Shown piece by piece: positions 1-9,686 of a stretch of DNA of 64,000 nucleotides (position 1 is its first letter; the number at the start of each line of letters is the position of its first letter). The stretch comes from an uncultured Gemmataceae bacterium (GTDB lineage Bacteria > Planctomycetota > Planctomycetia > Gemmatales > Gemmataceae). Made by a program: the position numbers and the translations under genes. The notes beneath the pieces are model-generated. The model was not told the DNA's origin and ran no database searches. It saw only the letters and a list, made by a program, of their open reading frames with translations. The stretch is taken from positions 1-64,000 of the forward strand of contig CAWIDK010000003.1 in the NCBI GenBank assembly GCA_963834865.1. Direction: 5' to 3'.

Positions 1-121
1 CGCTCCGGCGTGAAACATCTAGCGCCCAGCGGGCATCCCCAACTCAACGACGCACAAATAGAAACCGCCCGCAGCTCGCTCGGTGAGTCGCTGGAGCCGC
101 TGTTGCCAGGCAACTTCGAAA

Positions 122-526
122 TCACTGGATCGGGATCATCCCGGCGACCTCCAACAGGTGCTGGGAGGCATCGACCAGGTAGTCTGCCCCGCTGCCGCGC
201 AGCACTACGTCCACGATTTCATGCCCACCCCCATGATAAAGTCCCAATCCGGCCAGGGCAATGGCGGCCGATTCGACCCGGCGGGACGGCTCATAGGTTC
301 GGCGGACGCGGGCGACGTGCTTCGCCGGAATCCCGCGGCGGTCGATGAGCAGCCGCAACGACTCGCTGCCGAACCCGGGCACATCGATCAGATCGAGTTG
401 AAACTGGAATGGTGCTTCCAGCCCGCAATCCTCAACCGTTGCCGCGGCGATTTCCCGCCACTCCAGCTCCGGTGCATTTCTGCCAGGCCGACAAGAGAAG
501 TCGATGTCGCCATCTACTGCCACCAT
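122..526 (-). CDS. hypothetical protein (134 aa). No family recognised; contains a helix-hairpin-helix-like segment LIDVPGFGSESLRLLI.
   Basis: ORF-track frame only. Composition looks protein-like but no motif assignment is possible. Overlaps the tail of the upstream WD40 gene in another frame. Confidence 0.3.
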   Translation of the reverse strand: MVAVDGDIDFSCRPGRNAPELEWREIAAATVEDCGLEAPFQFQLDLIDVPGFGSESLRLLIDRRGIPAKHVARVRRTYEPSRRVESAAIALAGLGLYHGGGHEIVDVVLRGSGADYLVDASQHLLEVAGMIPIQ

Positions 527-3150
527 CCGCTACTTCGGCCGCGCTTCCAGCCGCCACCGCGCGGCGGCCGCCTCTGTGGTCAGCCGCGCGGCGGCGCTTG
601 AGCCAACTCTTCAACAGCCGCAACGCATCCGCATTGCCGACTCCCTCCAGCACCTGCACGGCGCGGGTGATCCGCAACGCATCGGCCGTCAGCCCGGTCG
701 CGTCAAGTTTCTGCAGCAGACCGTCGATGCGCCGCCGCGCTTCGAGGGACGGGCGCGATCTTCGCTTGCGCAGTGCGGGGGCGGCCAATTCGCCGAGGCG
801 GTGCAGCTCATGCTCGGCCTCTTGCCGTAGCTGGAAATCCTCGCTGTCGAGTTCGGCGACCCAGCGGGCGACTTGCTTCGCGTCCAGCGCGGCCACCGGC
901 TTCAGGCATCCCTTAGCATCGCCACCGCCTGATCCGCTCCAATCAGCGTCTCGACGGCGCGACGGCCTTTCGCAGCATCAAGGCTCCCCAGGTCGGTCCA
1001 TAGCTCGGCCAACGACTTCAAAGCTGCCGGCCCCGTGATGCGGGTTAGGTCCCAGGCCAGGATCGGCTGGTGCGTTCCGACGGTTGCCAGCGTTCGGCCA
1101 TCGGGGGACATGACCAGGCCCTTGACGTCGCCCCAGTGTCCCGCGCGGCGGGCAAGCTCGCCGCCGGTTCCACCTCCCAGAACTGAATCAGCCCGCCCAC
1201 CGCCGTGACTAGTGTCCGGCCATCGGGCGTGAACGCGGGCGGCGTTCGCAACTCGCCCTGACCCTCGCCCAGCGTCTTGACCGTGCTGCCCGTTGACGTG
1301 CTCAACAAAACCAGGCGGCCGTCTGAACGCATCGCGGCCAGCAGCCGGCCATCGGGCGAAAACGCAAGGTTTTGCAAGACGAATGCGTCGCCGCGCAGAA
1401 CCGGCGGCAGCCGCTTGCCGGTCGCAACATCCCACACGAACAAGGCGCTCCATCCGCGCGGGTCGTTGGCATCCCCAGCGGCAAGGAGCAAACGGCCGTC
1501 AGGGGAGAAGGCCGGCATAACGAGCGCAGCGTAGACAACGCTTGTTCCGGGCAGGGTGCGTCCATATTGGACCTGCCGCCGATAACCAGGCAACGCCTGC
1601 ATTTGCTTCCCGGTTGCGGTGTCCAGCAAGCGCAGGACCTGCACCGTGGCATCGGCGACGGCAACGGCTTGCAGTCCGGGAGCAAGGACGGCACTTTCCC
1701 ATCGCTGTCGCTGCTTGCCGGACGCCACGTCCCAGACCGCCAACGATCGGCCATTGCTGGCCCACACGTCCTTGCCGGCCATGAGTGATCCGCCGTCAGC
1801 GGAAAACTCCAGGCGGTCCACCATCTCGCGGTGCGGCAGCGAGCGCAGCACCCGACCTCCAGGCACTTCCCATAAGACGATGCGGCCGTCGCTGGTCCAG
1901 CCCGCGAGAGCCTTGCTGTCGGGCGTGAACGCCAGCGGCCGCCCGAGCTGCATTGGCGCCGGCCAGCGGCCGACTTCCTTGCCGGTCCGTGCTTCGGCCA
2001 CGACCACCGCGCCGTACTCCGGCCACGCGATCCAGCGCGCGTCCGGGGAGAAGAGCACCTGGTCGTCGGGTCGGGGCAGTGGGCACAAATCCTTGCCGGT
2101 ATCGACATCGAATAGGCGGATGGTGGATTGCCGGCCGCGCGTGGCCATGATCTTGCCGTTCAGGAAGAGAACGGGGCCCCAGGCGTCGGCATAGGTCTGT
2201 ATCTCCTCACCGGTACGCCAGTCCCAACGCACCATCCGGCCACGGCCGGTGGAGAACAGCGAGGCGCTATCGGGGGCGAAGCTGCCGTCGCACCAGCCGT
2301 AATAACTCACGTTGGTGCGGTCGTCGGTCTTCCAGCGGATACGTTCCTTTCCGGTCGCGGTGTCCCAGACGCGCACCGTGGAGTCGTTGCTGCCGGCCGA
2401 CAGGGCCTTGCCGTCGGGGCTGAACGCCAGGCGGCTCACTGCCGGATCGTATACCGGCCAGCGGCGCAATTCGGCGCCGGTGACGACATCGTGGAGCCGA
2501 ACCGTCTGCTGCCCCGTGGCCGCGTCGGTGGCGAGCAGCGCCAGGTGCTGGCCATCGGCGGACAGCCAGGGCGTGATCGTATCGTTGGCCGGTGCCTGGG
2601 CGGGCGGCGCCGCTGGGACAAGCAACTGCGTGAGCGGCTTGTTCGTGGTCAGGTCCCAAACACAGATCATGAACCGCCTGGGATCGCTGCTCGCCTCCAA
2701 CGCCGTCACAGTCTTGCCGTCGGCCGCAAAAACGACGGCGAAGGCAGGCGTATCGCGCAGCGTACGGAACTGGCCCGTGGTCCGGTCGAACAGGGACAGG
2801 GCGTTGGCATGGTTCAACGCCAGGAGTTTGCCGTCGGGCGAAAAGGCGACGAAATGGTGCACGGTCGCGGCCATGGGCAGGCGCACGATCTCCCGGCCGG
2901 TCGGCACTTCCCAGATCGCCAGCGCATTCTGACTGGACGCGGCGATGAGCTTGCCGTCAGGCGAAGCCGCGAAGGCCCAGATATACTCATCGAGCTGAAA
3001 GCGGCTGGTGCCGATGCGGAACAGCGCTCCATCCGGCAACGGATCGCCGAAGCGATCGACCCGCGGCTTGCCCGTGAGCGGCTGGGCGGTGAGCGCACCG
3101 GCGCTCAGAAGCGTTGCCGCGAGCGCGAGGCAGAAGCGCACGGCCGGCAT
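432..3150 (-). CDS. Secreted WD40-repeat beta-propeller protein with a planctomycete-type C-terminal helical domain. The frame is broken twice (near 1172 and 900).
   Basis: Signal peptide MPAVRFCLALAATLLSAGALTAQP. More than 12 WD40-like units ([17 protein letters not shown]). Frame pieces 1045..3150, 902..1453 and 432..896 read as one protein (..IQFWEV / GGELARRAGHWGDVKGLVMSPDG .. / ..VARWVAELDSEDFQLRQEAEHELHRLGELAAPALRK). Both breaks are restored by adding one base to a GG or CC run (gaggtggaacc to gaggtgggaacc; gatgcctgaag to gatgccctgaag). Confidence 0.75.
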
Positions 3151-3228
3151 GGTGTCATCTCCGCGTGGATCGTGTGGACGGGGCAGCCGTTATTGTCTTC
3201 CCCGATGTAGCCGCCGGTAAGGGGCGCT

Positions 3229-3275
3229 GTTTACGTTTAGCGTTCGTATGCCGACTGCGAACGCTAAACGTGAAC
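3229..3275. repeat. Palindromic hairpin element, family B, copy 1 (18-bp stem GTTTACGTTTAGCGTTCG / CGAACGCTAAACGTGAAC, 11-nt loop).
   Basis: Inverted repeat read directly from the sequence. The second copy at 63364..63410 has a perfect stem and a different loop. Sits between two convergent/tandem minus-strand genes. Confidence 0.7.
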
Positions 3276-3302
3276 ACCGATGCGCAGCGCCTCATATAGG
3301 CC

Positions 3303-3706
3303 TTACAGGTCCAGCCCGTGGAAGGATAGACAGGCTTCCCTGCGCATCGCGAGGTACGCTTCCACCTCCATACCGGGATACCATTCGCGGAAGAGGGCAG
3401 CCGCGACGCGCATGTCCTTGATCTGCGCCGGCAGACACTCTTTCGCAGGCCGCTCCAGCCGATGGCCGTAGTACGCGCAGCCATAATGCGTGATAAGGAC
3501 GAGCTGCTGTAGCTTGTGGGCGTGGACGAGAAAGTCGAGCTGTCGGCGCGCCGCCTCGCAGTAACCTGGTTCGTCGGGCGCACCAGGCAACCGGGCCCTC
3601 CCGGCACGGCCCATCGGTCGTAGCGCGGTATTTGCAGGTGCTTGTGGCAGAAGTCGTCGAATGCCTCGCCCCAGCGGCCGTCGCTGCAATAGAGCGCCAG
3701 CGCCAC
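3303..3706 (-). CDS. Small protein (~134 aa) with C-x-D-x-R (YCSDGRW) and H-x-x-C (ITHYGCAYYG) motifs arranged as in beta-class carbonic anhydrases. One frameshift near 3585.
   Basis: The N-terminal piece is in the frame of ORF 3155..3706 (MALALYCSDGRWGEAFDDFCHKHLQIPRYDRWAVPGGPGCL). The C-terminal piece is in the frame of ORF 3303..3818 (..LVLITHYGCAYYGHRLERPAKECLPAQIKDMRVAAALFREWYPGMEVEAYL..). The functional assignment is speculative. Confidence 0.4.
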
Positions 3707-3906
3707 CGATCCGGTCCGGATGCCACCGCTCCATGCTCGTGAACACCGCCATCGTCAGATCCGGGCCGAGATCGATGACGCTGGCGTCGAGGCTGGACGC
3801 CGCGGGTGATGCAGCCATGTAATTGCTCCTCGTAGGCGACGCTGCCAGCGTCGCCGGCTGCGGCCCAAGGACGACGCTCGCAGCGTCGCCTACGAAAAAC
3901 CGCCCG

Positions 3907-5660
3907 CTACCCGTCCTTCTTCACCGACGCCACCGCTTCTTCCGCATGTCCGTTGCCGGCGTGGCCCGGTTTGGCGGCGGCCTTCGCATCCGGCGCGAAG
4001 CGCGCGATGTACTCGGGCAATTCCACGCCGCCGATGTCCTTCATGATCTGCATCATCGGCGGCAGGGTGCGGGCCAGGCTTTGCAGGAAATCCGTCGTGT
4101 TGCTCGTGCCGTTGGGATGCGCGCCGCTGCCGTTTTCCCACACGATCACCTTATCGAACTTGATGTTGGAGATCGCCTGGGCGGCGGTCTCGGCGAGCTT
4201 GTCGAGGTGCTCCAGCATCAGGAGCTGGAACGCCTGCGGGGCGCCGCCGCACGCGTCGATGATGCGCTTCAGACCCTCGCCCTTCTTGGCGAGCATCTCG
4301 AACTGGCCGCGCGCCTCCGCGTCGAGCTTGGCGAAGATGGCCGACGCCTGGCCCTCCGCCTCGATGCGGCGCTTCTCGGCCTCGGCCTGCGCCTCCACGA
4401 CCACGCGTGCCTTGGCCGCCTTGGCGGGCGCCTCCAATTCAGCCCGCTTCTCCGCCTCGATCAATAGCGCCTTGGCGAGCGCTGCCTGGGCCATCGCCTT
4501 GTTCTGGGCCTCCTGCACCGACGCCTCGGCTTGCCGTTTTCTCGTCTCGCCCAGCTGATACGCCTCGGCCTGCTTGACCTGCAGGTTCGCCTGCGCCAGC
4601 GCGATCTCGGCCTGCGCGCTCGCCTCGCCGGTCACCGCCTTGGCGTTGGCGTCGGCAATCGCGATACGCATCGCGCGCTCGGAATCCTTGACCTTGGCCT
4701 CGCGCTCGAAGGCGGCCGTCTGCTCGCCGATCTTCTGCTCCTTGTCGAGCTGCGCGATCCGCACTGCCTGCTGCCGCTGCGATTCCTTGATCTGCGCTTC
4801 GCGTTCCAGCGCCGCCGTCTGCTCGCCGACCGCCGTCTCTTTCTGGAGCTGCGCCAGCCGCACCGCCTGCTCGCGCATCGCCTCGCGGGTGCCGATCTCA
4901 CGCAGCTTGGTGGCGTTGGCGACCTGGATCACCCGGTCGCGCTCCGCCTCGGCGACGCCGATCTGACCGCTCTTCTCTTGCAGGGCCACGTCCACCTTGG
5001 CCTTCTGCACCGCCTCGGCGGCGGCCTTGCGGCCGATCGCCTCGATATAGCCCGATTCATCCGTGATGTCGGTGATGTTGACGTTGATCAGCACCAGGCC
5101 GATCTTTTGCAGCTCGGGCTCCAGCAACGTCTGGATGCTATGCAGGAACTTCTCGCGATCGCGGTTGATGTCCTCGATCCCCATCGACGCGATCACCTGG
5201 CGGAGCTGGCCGAAGATGATGTCGCCCGCCTGCTGCTTGACGTCGTGGGTGTTCAGGCCGAGCAGGCGGATGGCCGCGTTGGCCATCGTCGGCGCGTCGG
5301 TGCCGATCGCCACGGTGAAGACGCTCGGCACGTTGACGCGAATATTCTCCATCGACAGGCGCCCTTGAGCGGAATCTCGATCTGGATCGGCTCCAGCGAC
5401 AGGAAGTCGTAGTCCTGCACCAGCGGCAAGACGAAGCGGGCGCCGCCGTGGATGCACCGCGTCCCCGTCGGGCTGCCGGTGTACTTGCCGTAGACGACCA
5501 TCACGCGGTTGCTGGGGCAACGGCGGTAGCGCTGAAACAGCATCAGGGCCGTGCTGCCGAACGCGAGCACAACGATGCCGACGAGCACGGCCCCATAGAT
5601 CGCCGGCTCGGACCACCCGGTGTGCTGCGGGAACTGAGCGAATAATGCGAGGCTAGCCAT
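3907..5660 (-). CDS. Flotillin (SPFH/band-7 family, YqiK-like) with a long Ala/Glu/Gln-rich coiled-coil region. One frameshift near 5358.
   Basis: N-terminal TM segment and SPFH start in frame 5253..5720 (MASLALFAQ..VMVVYGKYTGSPTGTRCIHGGARFVLPLVQDYDFLSLEPIQIEIPLKGA). The remainder is in frame 3907..5616 (LSMENIRVNVPSVFTVAIGTDA..EAxxKAxxE repeats). The join needs ggg where gg is observed. Confidence 0.85.
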
Positions 5661-6285
5661 GGTGGACCCTCTCGGTGTTTTCGATGTTTTCGGTTGGCAT
5701 GACTTCAACAGTGTCGGCATTGACGATCGCGACGACCACCACCTTGCTGCCGGTCGGCAGGTCGTCCTTCTCGGTGACGGCCTTGTATTCGACGAGCCGG
5801 CCGGCGACGGTGACGTGGACCTTGCCGGCCCCGGCCTTGTTGGCGGGAATCGACAGGTACACGGTGCCGGCAGCGCCGACGGCCTTGCGCAGCGGCAACG
5901 TGCCGTCGATATTGAGCTGCGACAGGTTGCGCATCAGCCAGCTCACGGCAAAGATGGCCGCCAGGCCCGCCGCGACGGCGCCCGCCACCTCGATCTCGGT
6001 CCTGACGTCGCTCCGGTTCAGGATCAGCCCGGTCAGGCCGAAGAAAGCGACCCCGGCCGTGACGGTCCGAAACGTCAGGACGCCGAGGAACCAGTTGGTC
6101 CCGTGCGCCTCGCCGTGATGCTCGGTATCGTGCTCTGGGGCGTCATGGCCCCCGGCATCGTGGCCGGCCATATCGTGGCCGCCGCCGGCGTCATGATGGC
6201 CGCCCAGGCCCACGAGGGTGAGCAGGAACTGGCAAGTGATCAGGGTTCCGCCGACCAGGGCGCAGATCAGATATGCTGTATCCAT
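5653..6285 (-). CDS. NfeD-like membrane protein (YqiJ-like partner of flotillin) with a His-rich loop.
   Basis: Two TM segments; HHDAGGGHDMAGHDAGGHDAPEHDTEHHGEAHG; C-terminal OB-like beta region. Shine-Dalgarno ggagg 6 nt upstream of the ATG at 6285. The stop overlaps the flotillin ATG (ccATGGCTAG), an 8-nt overlap. Confidence 0.7.
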   Translation of the reverse strand: MDTAYLICALVGGTLITCQFLLTLVGLGGHHDAGGGHDMAGHDAGGHDAPEHDTEHHGEAHGTNWFLGVLTFRTVTAGVAFFGLTGLILNRSDVRTEIEVAGAVAAGLAAIFAVSWLMRNLSQLNIDGTLPLRKAVGAAGTVYLSIPANKAGAGKVHVTVAGRLVEYKAVTEKDDLPTGSKVVVVAIVNADTVEVMPTENIENTERVHHG

Positions 6286-6560
6286 GAACAGCCTCCGTCT
6301 CGATGCGGGGAGCGGAAGTGCGGTGCCCGACTCACCTGGTACTTCGTCCGTGGAATATGCGCATTTTGACTGGCTCCTATCCTGACGGAGTCGGCGGCGC
6401 ATGTCAACGGGCCGTCGCATTTTTCCCAGAAGTTGTTGCAGGTGTAATCGACACGACCGGAACGAGCGGATCCGGTGCCCCTTTACGACGGTTGCTCCGA
6501 TAGAATAGTGCCAGACGCGTGCGCAGCTGTCGTCCGGCGTGGTGTCAAGGAGCCATTGCG

Positions 6561-7184
6561 ATGCCCTTTGGCGGGTTCAAGAGTCTTGGCGACGTTGCGC
6601 TGACCTATCAGATCGTGTTGCGCCCTGAGCAGTTCGTCGACCCCGTGCCGATGACGGTTGACCCAGCGTTTCGCCGGCGGCTGGAATTCGATCAGCTCAA
6701 TGCTCCGGTCAGCGTCTCCGAGCAAGCGATCTCCGAATTCCTGATCGCGCCGGTCCTGCAAGAGATGTGGCGAGCGTACAGCGATGCGCTGATGATCTGG
6801 AGCCACGTCCAGTTTGGGCACGCGCTGCCGCTCAAAGGCTTTCCCGATTACTTTTTCTCGAAGCGCTCGCCGCTCGGTCGCGTCGTCGATCAACCGTATG
6901 TGCTGTTCGTCGAAGCCAAGAGTGCCGACTTCGATGCCGCCTGGGCCCAATGCCTGGCGGCGATGCTCGCCGCGCAAAAGCTCAACCAGCAACCCAACCA
7001 GGCGATTTTCGGCAGCGTTTCCAGCGGTGAAACATGGTACTTCGGCAAGCTGGAAGGAACGACCCTGGTCCAGGATCCACGATCTTTCACATTGACCCAT
7101 CTGGACGAGTTGTTCGCTGCGCTAAATTACGTGTTCCAGCAAGCGAAACAGCTGGCGCTGGCCGCAACGGGAGGACAGCCATGA
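6561..7184 (+). CDS. Hypothetical protein with a PD-(D/E)xK-like nuclease motif (GFPDYFF ... QPYVLFVEAK).
   Basis: ORF with an aaggag Shine-Dalgarno 8 nt upstream of the ATG at 6561. The D...E-x-K spacing is typical of restriction-endonuclease-fold proteins. No family name can be assigned from the sequence. Confidence 0.45.
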   Translation: MPFGGFKSLGDVALTYQIVLRPEQFVDPVPMTVDPAFRRRLEFDQLNAPVSVSEQAISEFLIAPVLQEMWRAYSDALMIWSHVQFGHALPLKGFPDYFFSKRSPLGRVVDQPYVLFVEAKSADFDAAWAQCLAAMLAAQKLNQQPNQAIFGSVSSGETWYFGKLEGTTLVQDPRSFTLTHLDELFAALNYVFQQAKQLALAATGGQP

Positions 7185-7200
7185 GGCGCAGAAACTGTTC

Positions 7201-7485
7201 GTGCTCGTGTCGGCGATGGAGAACGCTTTGCTGGGGCACTGGTCGTTTCGGGCCGAGGACGAACTGGCCGTGGCTCGACATATGCTGCGCGATCCCTGGG
7301 AATACCAGGACGTGTTCTGGGCGCTGCGCGCTTCGGTGCAAGAAGTCGAGCGTGCCACTCCCGAGGAGCTGCTGCAAGCGATTCGTGATTCGTATCCCAA
7401 TCCGCACGTTCGGGCCGCACTTTACTTGCTGCCAATCGCAGACCCGGCCGATTGCACCACGGGGGTCAGTGCCACCCATGAGTGA
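7201..7485 (+). CDS. Hypothetical small protein. May be a frameshifted continuation of the 6561..7184 gene.
   Basis: Open frame from 7126 with a GTG at 7201. Its TGA stop overlaps the sigma-factor ATG (ccATGAgTGA). No recognisable domain. Confidence 0.3.
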   Translation: MLVSAMENALLGHWSFRAEDELAVARHMLRDPWEYQDVFWALRASVQEVERATPEELLQAIRDSYPNPHVRAALYLLPIADPADCTTGVSATHE

Positions 7486-8041
7486 AGTCACCCGCATCCT
7501 GTCCGCCATCGAAGCCGGCGACACGCGCGCCGCCGATGAGCTGTTGCCAATGGTTTACGACGAGCTGCGCAAGCTGGCGGCGTACAAACTCGCCCACGAG
7601 AAGCCCGGCCAGACTCTCCAGGCGACCGCACTGGTCCACGAAGCGTATCTGCGGCTGGTGGACGCGGCGACGGTGCAGCCGTGGCGCAGCCGCGGCCATT
7701 TCTTTGCCGCCGCCGCCGAGGCGATGCGCCGGATTCTCGTCGAACAAGCCCGACATAAGAAAAGCACCCGCGCCGGCGGTCAGTGCCAGCGCGTCGAGCT
7801 GCACGAGGAGCACGCGGCGGCTCTGGGCCGGAACATCGATCTGATCGCGCTGGACGAGGCCCTTGACCGGCTGGCGGCGCAGGACCGGCGCCAGGCGGAA
7901 CTGGTCAACCTGCGCTTCTTCGCCGGCATGACCATGCGCGAGGCGGCCGCCGCCCTTGGGATCGCCGAATCAACGGCCGATAGAGACTGGGCTTACGCCA
8001 AGGCATGGCTGCGCGTGGAGCTGGCCGATTCGTCGGACTAA
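7478..8041 (+). CDS. ECF-family sigma-70 factor (187 aa) of the Ser/Thr-kinase-associated planctomycete type.
   Basis: Region 2 (LVHEAYLRLVD) and region 4 (LVNLRFFAGMTMREAAAALGIAESTADRDWAYAKAWL) motifs. 70% identical paralog at 9054..9617. Confidence 0.85.
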   Translation: MSEVTRILSAIEAGDTRAADELLPMVYDELRKLAAYKLAHEKPGQTLQATALVHEAYLRLVDAATVQPWRSRGHFFAAAAEAMRRILVEQARHKKSTRAGGQCQRVELHEEHAAALGRNIDLIALDEALDRLAAQDRRQAELVNLRFFAGMTMREAAAALGIAESTADRDWAYAKAWLRVELADSSD

Positions 8042-8048
8042 CGCTTCC

Positions 8049-8085
8049 AAACTTCCGAAGTCTCCGAGACTTCGGAAGTTTTTCG
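8049..8085 (+). terminator. Intrinsic-terminator-like hairpin (palindromic family A, copy 1): AAACTTCCGAAGTCTC-c-GAGACTTCGGAAGTTT followed by TTTTT.
   Basis: Perfect 16-bp stem directly after the sigma-factor stop, followed by a T-run. The same 33-nt palindrome occurs at 55327..55359, and a variant inside a CDS at 49970..50003. Confidence 0.6.
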
Positions 8086-8163
8086 GAAAAAATCCCTTTT
8101 CTATCGGGGAAATTGCCCCCGTTTCTCGCACTGCCATTCGAGGCCACACGCGAGGAGATTTTC

Positions 8164-8709
8164 ATGGCCGCCGTGCATGTTGGCGAACAGCAGATTTTCG
8201 AGGTCGTGCGCAAGATTGCACCACGCGAGGGGCGTGAAGTCTATTTGCGGCAGGTCTGTGGCGACGATGACGCGCTCGGGCAAAGGGTTCGGGCGCTGCT
8301 CGAGGCCTATGAGGCGAGCGCCAGCTTTCTGGAGGTTCCCGCTGCGGGACGGGTCTCGCTCGTTGGGCAAGACGCGCACGGGGACAAGATGATAGTCACT
8401 CGGGACGAGCCGGTGCGCGAAGGCCCCGGTGTCGTGATCGGCCCGTACAAGCTGCTGGAGCAGATCGGCGAGGGCGGTTTCGGCGTCGTCTTCCTGGCCG
8501 AGCAGACGCAGCCCGTCCGTCGTACTGTCGCCCTCAAGGTCCTCAAGCCGGGCATGGATAGCCGGCACGTGATTGCCCGCTTCGAGGCCGAGCGCCAGGC
8601 GCTGGCCCTGATGCACCACCCCAGCATTGCCCACATCTTCGATGGCGGCGAAAATGGTAAGGTTTGGAGAGAGGATGCTGGGCTGATGGAGTTTCTGCGC
8701 ACTCTCTAG
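8164..8709 (+). pseudogene. Truncated Ser/Thr protein kinase. Only the N-terminal ~180 aa are present; the gene ends after kinase subdomains I-III.
   Basis: Planctomycete kinase leader (GDDDALGQRVRALLEAYEASASFLE), then [65 protein letters not shown]. Homology to the full kinase at 9687.. is then lost and a stop follows. No catalytic loop (HRDLKPSN) or DFG motif in any frame downstream. Confidence 0.7.
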
Positions 8710-9053
8710 CTCGTTCGGTTATGGTGCATCGGTCGATGGGTCCGGAGCACTTTAGCGTAATCGCGATGCGTGCGGAGGTGGGGCGGACGTGTGTCCGACG
8801 TGTGTCCGACCGACGCGCGCAAGGTTGTGGGGGAGTTAACCTGCCGTCGTTGACATTTCGAGCAATCAATCGCCGCCGGAAAATGGCAGGCCCTTGCTGT
8901 TCCACCCATTCCAAACGCCGCGCGGAGCATAGGTTCGTGACGCGCCCAATTCGAGCTCGACTTGTCGATCCCCTGTCAGCGACGAAAATGCAGGCATGGG
9001 CAGCATAACTTGTCGTTGCCACAGAGTGTGTTTCGCCGCGAGGTGCAGCGCTC

Positions 9054-9617
9054 GTGAACGATGTTACCCGTATTCTGTGTGCCATCGAGCAAGGCGATCC
9101 CCACGCCGCCGCCCAGTTACTGCCGCTGGTCTACGAGGAGCTGCGCCAACTAGCGGCCCAGAAGCTTGCCCAGGAAAAACCCGGGCAGACCCTCCAGGCC
9201 ACCGCCCTGGTTCACGAGGCGTACCTCCGCCTGGTGGACGTGGCTGAGGCGCAGAGCTGGGACAACCGCGGCCACTTCTTCGCCGCTGCCGCCGAGGCCA
9301 TGCGGCGCATCCTCGTCGAAAAGGCCCGCCGCAAGCAGCGCCTGCGACACGGCGGCGCGGCCCAACAGCGCCCCCTTGAGGAGAACGAGCCGGCCATCGC
9401 CGCTCCGGTGGACGCCATCGACGTGCTCGCCCTGAACGAGGCCCTCGACCGCCTCGAAGCCGTCTCTCCCCGTCGGGCCAAGCTGGTCAAACTTCGCTAC
9501 CTCCTCGGCCTCACCCTGCGCGAAGTGGCCGCGATGCTCGGCGTCTCCCAGTCCACCGCCGAAGCCGACTGGACCTATGCCAAGGCCTGGCTGAAACGCG
9601 AGATCGACAAATCCTGA
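9054..9617 (+). CDS. ECF-family sigma-70 factor, paralog 2 (GTG start).
   Basis: MNDVTRILCAIEQGDPHAAAQLLPLVYEELRQLAAQKLAQEKPGQTLQATALVHEAYLRLVD.. Collinear with the 7478..8041 product. Confidence 0.85.
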   Translation: MNDVTRILCAIEQGDPHAAAQLLPLVYEELRQLAAQKLAQEKPGQTLQATALVHEAYLRLVDVAEAQSWDNRGHFFAAAAEAMRRILVEKARRKQRLRHGGAAQQRPLEENEPAIAAPVDAIDVLALNEALDRLEAVSPRRAKLVKLRYLLGLTLREVAAMLGVSQSTAEADWTYAKAWLKREIDKS

Positions 9618-9686
9618 ACAATCTTGAAAAATCCGTCGGGGGTTTTGCCGGCGGACGGCGCATTGAAAGCAGGAAGGAGAGACCCC

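Noticed and set aside
8164-8709. Whether the short kinase ORF is just another frameshift artefact like the other broken genes.
   Set aside because: Unlike the other interruptions, no alternative frame downstream of 8709 continues the kinase (no [11 protein letters not shown] or APE in any frame before the next sigma gene). It was therefore treated as a true truncation and not as a sequencing indel.
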